64,000 nt of DNA from Antedon mediterranea (Eukaryota; Animalia; Echinodermata). The notes beneath the pieces are model-generated. The model was not told the DNA's origin and did no database searches. It was given only the letters and a program-made list of their open reading frames with translations. This document shows positions 41,101 to 50,585 of this stretch, one piece after another. The position numbers were made by a program, and so were the translations under genes. The stretch is taken from NCBI RefSeq assembly GCF_964355755.1, contig NC_092675.1, forward strand, positions 29,980,912 to 30,044,911, in the 5' to 3' direction. Position 1 is the first letter of the stretch. Each line of letters begins with the position of its first letter.

Positions 41101-44100
41101 CCATTAAAAAATGTTCAGAAATAAAAATATGTGTGCTTATATTTCAGGAAGGAAGAAGTCCGCTCCACGAAGCTGCCAAAGAAAACAACTTAGAAATATG
41201 CAAGTTATTAATTGATCGCTCAGCTAACGTCGACCTCAAAGATAACGTAAGATTTCAAATACGTAAACTAATTTACATAATTCATGTATATAATTTATTA
41301 ATTGTATCATATTATTGTTGTGAGTACTTCTAAAGCTTGGTTCCCACTAGAGACGCAAGTAACGCAACGTAACGAGGTGTTGACGCAAAGTTCTGTATTG
41401 CGTAATCACAAGTGGAAACCGACGACGCAATAATGCTACAAACATTGATTTCACACAGGCGGGGGAAAACACAATATTGGAAGGGTATTTTCTTACGTTG
41501 CGTAGGTTGCGTTAAGCGTGGTTCCCACTTGCGACGTATCGTAACGCAAACGACGCAACGTAAGAAAATGCCCTTCCAATAATTGTGTTTACCCCCGCCT
41601 GCGTGAAATCAAACAAGCGATTTTTACAGCACTGTTGCGTCGTCGGTTCCCACTGGTGATTACGAAATACATCACTTTGCGTCAATACGTCGTTGCGTTG
41701 CGTTCTAGTGGGAACCACGCTTACGTTGCCTCGCTCGTGGGAACCAAGCTTTAGGCATATACAGACAGGCAATAGCCTTTTTCAGGTTTTTAATTACATT
41801 TTGTCCTTAGGATCATTGAATCAAGGCCCACATTAATTTATAGCAAGCTCAGAATATAGCATCTACTACTACTGTTCTTTGTTATGTTTTGACTTTATTC
41901 CGACAGAAAGGTTTGACAGCTCTCAGCTTGGCAATTCTGCTTGGTCATTCCACCATCTGTGCGTTTCTTCTTGATAAAGGAGCTGATATTTCATCAAAAG
42001 ATTGTGTAAGTATGAACAAGTTAATAAGATGATGGTACCAACGAAGCAACAGTAGGATGGTAATGGAGATGATGTGACGATATGATAAATTGGATAATTA
42101 ACTGAACTTAACGTCCCTTTTGCAAAAAAAGGAGAGTTATCTCACAAGTTGTTTGTGCTAGCGGAACAAATATATCGAACAATTTGCTCGTTGATTTGAG
42201 AATAGACTAGGCCTACTAGGTACAGAAATGTAATGTAACTTTCAAATTAAATAAAATCAAATATACTCTATTCATCATCGTTAAACATATAAATAAATCA
42301 GAAAAATAGGTCGATAAAGAGATAAAAAGGAAACACGTAAAAACTCGGAATGAGCTTGATAAAAGTATTAAATAAATACAAATAAAAAATTATTTGTTAT
42401 CTTATAGGATGGCAGGACACCGCTTCATTTAGCTGTCATTGTTAACAATTTCGACATTTGTTGTCGACTCGTTGAAAATAAAGCACCGATTAGAGAAAAG
42501 AATAAGGTAAAAAGAAATTACAAATACTCAACTATAAAAAAAGTCTATTAATGTATCAATTGATGTAATATTATTAATGTATTATTAATGTATCAATTGA
42601 TATAATATTATTAATGTATTATTAATGTATCAATTGATATAATATTATTAATGTATTATTAATGTATCAATTGATATAATATTATTAATGTATTATTAAT
42701 GTATCAATTGATATAATATTATTAATGTATTATTAATGTATCAATTGATGTAATGTTATTAATGTATTATTAATGTATCAATTGATATAATAGTATTAAT
42801 GTATTATTAATGTATCAATTGATATAATGTTATTAATGTATTATTAATGTATCAATTGATATAATATTATTAATGTATTATTAATGTATCAATTGATGTA
42901 ATATTATTAATGTATTATTAATGTATCAATTGATATAATATTATTAATGTATTATTAATGTATCAATTGATGTAATGTTATTAATGTATTATTAATGTAT
43001 CAATTGATGTAATGTTATTAATGTATTATTAATGTATCAATTGATATAATATTATTAATGTATTATTAATGTATCAATTGATATAATATTATTAATGTAT
43101 CAATTGATGTAATATTATTAATGTATTATTATGTATCAATTGATATAATATTATTAATGTATCAATTGATGTAATATTATTAATGTATTATTATGTATTA
43201 TGTATTATTAATGTATCAATTGATATAATATTATTATCAAGTCAAGTCAAGTATCATTTATTGTCATTTGTTTTAAGAAAAAAAAACATAGAAATTCTGT
43301 TATATTATGATGATTCTTTTTTGTTATTAATTAGTATTTATTATATAACACCTAAATAAATTCCTGTCATTTGATTGGACGATTGTGGGTCACATGGCGT
43401 GTAATAGTACGCACTATTAAACGATCGTTTCCTTTCATCATTCACCTCGTGCCATTATTTGTACCATTACACTCATAAACATTCATTATTTGTATATTAT
43501 TAGTAATTTGATTATTCATTCATTTCCTTTATAAATATTTAATATATACAAATAATACAAAAAAACAAAAATAGAAACAATTTCACAAGGAAATTAACAA
43601 TATAAGCAACTTCCACAAAACCAACCTACAAAATCCTAAAATCATAGGTCTCTTATTATTGTGTTTTAGGAAGGTAACTCAGCAATTGACGAAGCCGAGT
43701 CGCTAAACCATCGAGCGGTTGCCGACTACTTAAAAAGTGAGGTAATAATAGTGAACGTATTTAATTATGAATGTGTATCTTTTATTAATAATAATAATAT
43801 CTATCATGTAATATGATAAATGTTGTATAACATGGCTATTAATAACAAAATACAAAGTAAGTGAAAGGAGAAAACGAAAGATAATGGCAAGACGTCATCA
43901 ATGATAAACAAAATAAATTAATAAGATAAAATAAACAATAGAAACTTCAGATTATCCTGAAGAATAAATGTATATTATTATTTTGATTTGAATATTATGC
44001 CTATTATAGGCTAATTTACAAGATCTTTTGAAGCTAGCAGAGGGTGGGCAACCATTAGATGTATTGAAGCTGAATGTTATCGGCCACCCGATGTCTGGTA

Positions 44101-47100
44101 AGACAACATTACTCAAAACACTAATACAGGTTTGTTGTAGCTTATATATTTTGATATTGCATCAAATCACAGCGACCGAAACATACACATCTTAAGTAAT
44201 GTTCACACGGTCGTGGTCGGAGAAAACTCAGGGCTACGTATACGCTTGTACGAAATCCGAAAAGAGTTAAGCTTGGTTCCCACTAGGACGCAACGCAAGG
44301 ACGTAGACGCAACGCAAGCGAGTTGACCAATGACAAGCGGCAGTTCAAATAATTAATCGTTTGTGATCGGTCAAGTTACTTATGTTGCCCTTACGTCATT
44401 GCGTTGCGTCCTAGTGGGAACCAAGCTTTAGTGTGAATGTGACGTTTTCTATATTAAACACCTGAACCAATATAAACAGATGGTGCTTCATCAACTGCTT
44501 TCTCTTGTAAATCGTTTCAGACATTAATTGCTCTAATTTAATACCTCTTTAACATTTTATAGAAACGTTGGTCACCCCATCGTCTTAACGAACGACCGAA
44601 ACTTTCGCATGCATTAGATCACAGAGCAACACCAGGCGTGCGAATAACTAACGTATCCATTCCAAAGGCCGGGAAGTTTAGTGCAAGAGACTTTGCTGGA
44701 CAGAGTGAATACCATATAACACATAGTGCATTTTTCGGCATTCGTAATTCCATTTTTCTAGTATTGTATGACATAACACTTGAACAGAGGGAACAGCAAA
44801 GACAGGTGAGAGTTGTGTTGATACTGTAAAAGAGTGGCATACTATAATCATGTTTGTATAAAACGCAAGCGAGTTGACCAATGACAAGTGACAGCTCGAA
44901 TAATCCATCGCTTGTGATTGGTCAAATCACTTACTAAAGCTTGGTTCTCACTTGCGACGCAACGTAATGCAATCATCTACGCAACATACGAAAATGCCCT
45001 TCCAATCAATTGTGTTTGCCCCGCCTGCGTGAAATCAAACCTACGATTTTTACAGCAATGTTGCGTCGTCGGTTCCCACTTGTGATTACGCAATACATGA
45101 CTTTGCGTCGATACGTCGCTGCGTTACGTTGCGTTGCGTTCTAGTGGGAACCACGCTTTACGTTTCCCTGCGTTGCGTCCTAGGGAACCGAGCTTAAACT
45201 ACTCTGAAGGTTATATTAGAGTAAACACAGGAGAGAGCGCGTTGGTTTAAAGCAGTTGGATCCTCTAACATTATTTCTCAATTTCTCGTTGTCGATTCTT
45301 TGCGGTCAATATGCGTGCCACTGCTTCTTTCTAAGAATAGCTCTTTAAGAACTTTATTGGGTTTTCTTGTAATTTTAAAGTTAAGACATTGGTTGGCTAT
45401 GATTAAAGCATGTCAGAGGGAGTCAGTGACGTCAGCATTCCACCCAGATGAAATCAACAGTGGGATCGTGATTGTAGCTACACACAAGGACAACTTAGAT
45501 GGTGCAAATATTTCTTCAGGTATAATGGGACATTAAGATTATTGATAGACCTACGGTATTAGTTTATAATATAGGTAACTAAACATTTTAACACAATTTT
45601 TTTTCCGACTTACTATAGTGAATCGTAAGATCCTCGGTCATCAGTAACTCCATGAAAGAACTTTTACAAAATCACGTATCCGATCCTGCTAAATCATTTC
45701 CATAAGGAACTCCACCCCATTATACTATAGATTTACTATTATTGCAAACAGCAGAGCACTATATGATGTGTAATGGTTTAACTTAATACTTCCAATATTT
45801 ATTTTTCTTTCCAGCAACTTCCATTGCCAGAAAGAATGTTGAGGAGATGAAAAAGGTGTTCTGCACTCTTAACATAACTAGTGACGTAATAGTGCTTAAA
45901 ACTCACAAATCGTGGGATGAGCACATAAAACCATTACGTAATGCAATTGAAACTCTTGGCAAGGGTATACGAGTAAGTATAAATCCCGCGTGTTCTGTGT
46001 GTGTGTGTGTACTTTCGTTTTGTGTTTATTTTAATCATGGATTTTATAGGGTTTAACTCATACCATTATGATGTTATATAAAAGTTTTCTCTATTTTATT
46101 ATAGGGAATAAAACGGGTACCAGTAATATGTCAGAGAATAACAAATCACCTTCCAGATTGGATCGACGAATTAGCTATGGCTCCATTGTTGAGTTTTACT
46201 GAGTTTGAAAAACGCGTCAATTCTATAACAAACGCTTTGGTAACGAAAGAACTGCTAAAAACTGCGGCTAGATTTATGACTGACACAGGAGAGGTAAGAT
46301 TATATTTGTATATAGAAATACATTATAACTCAAAAAGTACATATAGATGCAATTACAAATGCCAATGCAATGAATTACTTTGCGCATGCTCAATTACTGT
46401 AGGTATATTCTCTTTCGCCCTTCTAACAAACTCTCTGATTTCGGCAGCTTATATATTTTTCACATTTTATACTTTTTCCTTCATCGTGTCTGATTTCTTA
46501 TCGGCGCTAATTACTAATACATTTCATTATATGGTCTACATCTTTTCTGATATAAAAGAAGGCCTACATTTATCTATATTTTTGTATTTTTAATTTAGAT
46601 ATATTTTGCGGAGCTTCAGAGTGATGACGTGGAAGATCAAGTTGTCATCAATCCCGGCTGGCTGACGTCAGACTTGTTTGGAAGACTGTTTGCCAGTAGC
46701 CACCACACACTCTTCGATGGCGTGCAGAGAGTTCCAACTAAGGAACTCTTTACCTTCAAAGATATCAGTGAAATAGTTAGCAAAATCGCAAACCCAACGA
46801 TAGTAATACAACTTCTTACGCATCTTAACTTAATTCACGAATATAGAGAGGACACTTACATCATTCCAAGTTTATTGCCTTTAGATCTCCCAACAGTAAA
46901 ATGGGTGGAGGAGGAGAAATCAGTTTATTTTGGCAGACACATCAAATGTGTTGATGAATCAGATATGTTCACTCCGGGATTTTTCCCATACCTTCAAGTG
47001 ACAATTCTAACGCGACTCAATGAGTTCGTAGCGCACAGCACACTTACGCGAAATACGATCAAAAGCGCTGTAGGTTACGTTGAAAGTATTGTGAAAATGT

Positions 47101-47762
47101 CCAGCGATCAAATGTCTTTATTTGTTGGTGTAAAAGTGGACGAAGTGAAACGTAAAGAAGAGTGCAATATAGTGTTGTCACAACTCATGAATGACGTAGA
47201 TGATGCAAAGTATCAGGTGTCACAGGGAACTCAAACAGAGATCCGTGTAGTCAGTGTAGCGGACATGAAAAAAGAGTCTGACATCACAGACTGCCAAAGC
47301 TATTCAATAAATGACGTTATCAAAGCTGATGAGGGTAACGGCTTTGTCGTCAACTTAAAACGTAGTAAAAATGAACACGTAACTGAATTATTATGTCAAG
47401 GACACGACATGACTATCTTGAAAATAAAAGGTTATGAGAGTGACGTTAAATGGTTGAAAGTACCAGTTGTAAAGCAACTTAGAGTTTTCTTAGAACGCGA
47501 ACGTGCTGCAGATCTGAATGATTACCGAACGTTTGCTGAGAGAATAGGTGTAATGAATGCAATAGATATTGAACATCTGTCTGAAGTGAACCTTTCTGGA
47601 AACGAAGGAAAGTTGCCCATGCTGTTAAGGAGATGGTCCGATCACCAAGAGAGTTGTAGTAGCATAGGTAGATTATGCGCCATATTGAAGGAGATGGATC
47701 GAAATGACGCACTAAATGCGGTTCATAAAATGATGAAGGAAGAAGGATTTGCTCCTGTCTAA
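38116..47762 (+). CDS. DAPK1-like ROCO protein without kinase domain (ankyrin repeats-ROC GTPase-COR-death domain), ~882 aa
   Basis: GT-AG exons in consistent phase: 38116-38283, 38863-38961, 41148-41246, 41907-42005, 42408-42506, 43670-43741, 44010-44129, 44563-44805, 45381-45519, 45815-45972, 46105-46293, 46599-47762. Ankyrin motifs (GRTPLHLA); ROC motifs GHPMSGKT, TPGV, DFAGQ, THKD; COR (DTGEI, VVINPGWL, PGFFPYLQV); C-terminal death domain (DYRTFAERIG..LLRRW..IGRLCAILKEMDRNDA). Likely non-coding exon ends at 37450; acceptor at 38002. Confidence 0.9.
39030..39103 (-). ncRNA. Decayed minimal hammerhead ribozyme (Penelope-like element type)
   Basis: Minus strand: AAAC-CTGACGA-[24-nt insert]-ATTACTGT TTT ACAGTAAT-C-GAAAC-CA-GTG-ATGTTT. 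Core boxes and stem II present; cleavage triplet mutated. Confidence 0.45.
39186..39592. mobile_element. Foldback with perfect 129-bp inverted arms
   Basis: 39186-39314 is the exact reverse complement of 39464-39592; 149-bp spacer; (TA/CATATA)n flanks. Confidence 0.85.
39299..39370 (-). pseudogene. tRNA-like sequence (Pro-like body, TGT/Thr anticodon); pseudo-tRNA or SINE head
   Basis: GGCTCTG TG GTC TAGTGGCAT GAT A CTCGC CCTGTAA GCGGG AGGTT GCAGG TTCGAAT CCAGC CAGAGAC A followed by T6. One mismatch each in acceptor and T stems; C at position 33. Confidence 0.7.
40053..40231. mobile_element. Harbinger-like MITE family B (subfamily B1)
   Basis: TIR AGC(G/T)TGGTTCCCACTAG; TTA on both sides. 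Confidence 0.9.
40297..40500. mobile_element. MITE family B (subfamily B2)
   Basis: Same TIR, different core (ATCACAAGTGGGAACCGACGACGCAAC). Confidence 0.85.
40730..40894. mobile_element. MITE family A
   Basis: Core and TIRs. Confidence 0.85.
41334..41750. mobile_element. Nested MITEs: B2 copy (41515-41721) inserted inverted in another B2 copy
   Basis: Two TIR pairs; the inner core is the reverse complement of the outer core. Confidence 0.9.
42546..43237. repeat. AT-rich minisatellite, 37-bp unit, ~19 copies
   Basis: Unit TATTAATGTATCAATTGATATAATATTATTAATGTAT; spacing 42554 to 42591; shorter variants at the 3' end. Confidence 0.95.
43347..43480 (+). repeat. Dispersed repeat end; inverted copy at 54445-54522
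   Basis: TACACCTAAATAAATTCC..TTTGATTGGACGATTGTGGGTCACATGGCGTG..ATAGTAC is shared in reverse orientation. Confidence 0.75.
44270..44427. mobile_element. MITE family B1
   Basis: Perfect TIR AGCTTGGTTCCCACTAGGACGCAACGCAA; TTA TSD. Confidence 0.9.
44862..45194. mobile_element. Nested MITEs: B2 (44938-45157) inside a truncated B1
   Basis: Inner TIR pair with TAA/TTA flanks; B1 core on both sides. Confidence 0.85.
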
Positions 47763-47783
47763 ACCATGTCAGCTGATTCTCGC

Positions 47784-47958
47784 GGTATCATGTCTAGCGA
47801 CAATAAACATGCAGTAGTTTTTTGTCTGCTAACGGCAACAGTCCAAACGTAGCACGCTGTGGTTTGAATTGGAGCATACGCTCTATCCCATGTGGGATGA
47901 CGCTTTCTGTCAGAAGACACGATACTTCATGCTGTATTGTCGCTAGACACATGATACC
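47784..47958. mobile_element. Imperfect foldback/MITE just after the ROCO stop codon
   Basis: GGTATCATGTCTAGCGACAATA.. / ..TATTGTCGCTAGACACATGATACC. Confidence 0.7.
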
Positions 47959-48671
47959 ATTTTTGTAACGAGTAATTAAGTACAGTAATTCTCAAAAATG
48001 AAAATACATCGTCGAAACATTGAAATTGAATTTCTTCTGTCTTTTTATTTGATGGAGTTTTTTTTTTTTTTTTTAAACATTTTCTTAATTGCACACGTTT
48101 TTCCTACTACATGCATCATGAATTATATCGAATGGGGGAAAAACAATTTTAGATGGGGTTTCCTACTTTAAAACAACTCGACTTCGTATGCCTAAGGCCT
48201 AGCCCGGCGGCGGAATTAGTCTAAGCTTTGAAATTGGTCTAGAAATCGGCATCTTTGCAAATGTTCTGATCTTATTTCACTCTCCATTACCTCATACAAA
48301 AACCATCGGAGACAAACTATCTATTTGAAGCATGTTTATTCTGGGACGGTGCGGCCATACACACCAACTACCATAAACGTCCTTGTATTCATAACATAAT
48401 ATTACAATACAATATCTTGCATGAATCGGACATTTTGCTGCCAATGTAGCAACAATGATTAAATCTAAATTTAACAATGTGGCGTGTTGACCGCGAATGA
48501 CTAACACTACTGTCTTTCCCACTACACCTGCACAACCATTGCATAACAACGCACGGCATACCAAACCGTTTTGTACACCTGCGATGAAAATAATACATTC
48601 AATTTCTTTTAAAATTGAGGGCGGCAAACATAAAATTTACGAGATCGAATACAGGTTGGAAAAAAAATTAA

Positions 48672-48932
48672 TAAAAAAAAAAGATGTTAAATGTGCTCTC
48701 CCTGCTTCAGCACTAAGGCCCTGCCACAGCCTCTTGGGGTCGTTTCCAGCACATCACCAGATGCATTGATGTTGTCGCCTCATGATGTGTGGTGGAAAGG
48801 GGGACGTATAATCTGTGAACCCCAAACACAGTGGCCGCATGCCTTTAACTCTATTCCACCGACCAGCGTGGGAATCGAACCGACGGCATGCGTGTTGTGA
48901 ACACGACGCTCATGCGACTGAGCTAACTGATC
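48672..48932 (-). ncRNA. Pol III-type unit: tRNA-like head (48860-48932, Ile-like body, CAC anticodon), ~177-nt structured trailer, oligo-T
   Basis: GATCAGT TA GCTC AGTCGCAT GAGC G TCGTG TTCACAA CACGC ATGCC GTCGG TTCGATT CCCAC GCTGGTC G folds as a cloverleaf; nested stems in the trailer; T10 end; TATA-like sequence ~30 nt upstream. SINE or ncRNA not resolved. Confidence 0.6.
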
Positions 48933-49445
48933 ATTTTGGTTTTAACAAGGTTAATGTGATATATATGATGTAATGATGAATTACGTAATACACGTATAAA
49001 TAGACTACTATCAGCTGTTCTTTCAAGAACTACTTTGTACCGTAACGGGTAATGCTCAGGTTTGAGTGCTCTCAGCTCTGGTAGATTGGGTTCGAACCTC
49101 TACGGATTTTTTTGGAATGGAAAATAATGAATATTCTTTTTCTTTTTTTTTAAAGAGAGATATTTTTATTTTTTTTGTTTACCTTTTTAAAAATTGGAAA
49201 CAAAGTTGAATGGCATTATTTTCCATGACTGAGCTAACAGGTCATTTGGGTTTCCCTCATGATGACGGTCTGAATATGCAGATTTATGACGCCACGATAA
49301 ATTACGTAATCGTGTATAAATATTCTATTGTCAGCTGTTCAGTCATGTACTACTTTGTGGAATAACGGATAATGATCTGTTTTGAGTACTCACAGATCCA
49401 GCAACCAGGGTTCAAATCTTTACGAATTTTTAATTTTTTCGTTTA
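48911..49445. repeat. Diverged duplication of a Pol III-like promoter cassette (48911-49130 and 49223-49445)
   Basis: Both copies carry GACTGAGCTAAC, ATTACGTAAT, GTATAAATA, TCAGCTGTTC, ACTACTTTGT, TAACGG.TAATG, TTTGAGT.CTC, GGGTTCRAA.CT and a T-run. Confidence 0.85.
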
Positions 49446-49596
49446 AAAATGGAAAATAAACATTTTTTGAAATATTTCGAGTGTTCATTTATGAAATAGG
49501 TGAATTTTGACCATGGCCTTTTAAATTAATTTAAAAATGGCCTATTTATTATTAGTGCGTTGTGTTCTTATAAGCTGAACTTGATCATTTCCCTAA

Positions 49597-49757
49597 AGCT
49601 CTGTCTACACTATCACTAGTTTGAGAAAAAAAAAAGTATGATATGCCCATAAATGGGCTAGTCACTAGTGATATTCCCAAATATGGTAGTTATATGACAT
49701 CATTATGTCCATATATGGGCACATCACATTTTTTATCTCATAAAGTTTGATAGTGTA
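49597..49757. mobile_element. MITE family A
   Basis: Left TIR complete; core; right TIR partial. Confidence 0.85.
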
Positions 49758-50585
49758 CCTAGTAAGCATAAAGACAGTGGTGCTAACCATGCAGGCTTTA
49801 CTGAGATGTAAGTTTTACATAATGAAATAAACAATTGACGACACATTCTGTTACTAAAAAAATGCTGCAAGTGGTAACTGAATAACATTAATGTTATCAA
49901 AGTAGGCCAATAAGGGACGAGCCTGTCAACGCAGCAAACAACAAGCGGTGAATTAAAAAAGATGTATTTTAAAACTACTCGTATAAAAAAACCTGTACAT
50001 TAAATCAAATTATTTTTAAAAACACTCTAGCAGTCTGAAAATAAAAACTACATTTCTACGGAACCAAATAATAAAGTTGCTATTGATTATGGGAATGATT
50101 TATATTGCTCCATCGAAATTATTTAATTAATTTCTGTGTAATAAGAGGTTTGCTGAATAATTTTGCCAAGTAAAGTAATTCTAAACTTCCCAACAGTCTT
50201 TGCGATGTTGACGTGGCTGTTAATACGCATGCGTACTGACCTGTACATGAGGGTAAACCTTACGTGGCATGAGAAATACGTTGACAGAAAACACGATTAA
50301 ATCTGTGTTGTATCGTTATTGTCGTCGTTTTATTTGCCACATGGTTGCGGTAGGTATATGGATTGTTCATTTATAGAATCAAGGTAACCTACACATCATT
50401 TTTTACCACGTTTTGGTACAAATCGTTAAATAATAGACGGTATACGTGACGAGTGCCAGGCCGCCAGCCTAGAAAGAGGATTCAGCGGCAGCGGAACAAC
50501 CTACGCTGGGTGAGAGTTTCCGGTGTCTAAATATTTTTGATTTCTTATATACGTGGATCATTTAATGTAAAATAATTTTTCAAGA

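Noticed and set aside
42546-43237. CRISPR-like appearance of a 37-bp palindromic repeat
   Set aside because: No unique spacers, no cas genes, located in a eukaryotic intron.
48292-48900. Four overlapping 69-111 aa ORFs
   Set aside because: No domain or splice support; they overlap the non-coding unit.
48860-48932. Functional tRNA-Val(CAC)
   Set aside because: D-loop lacks GG, mismatches in anticodon and T stems, Ile-like body, no terminator directly after.
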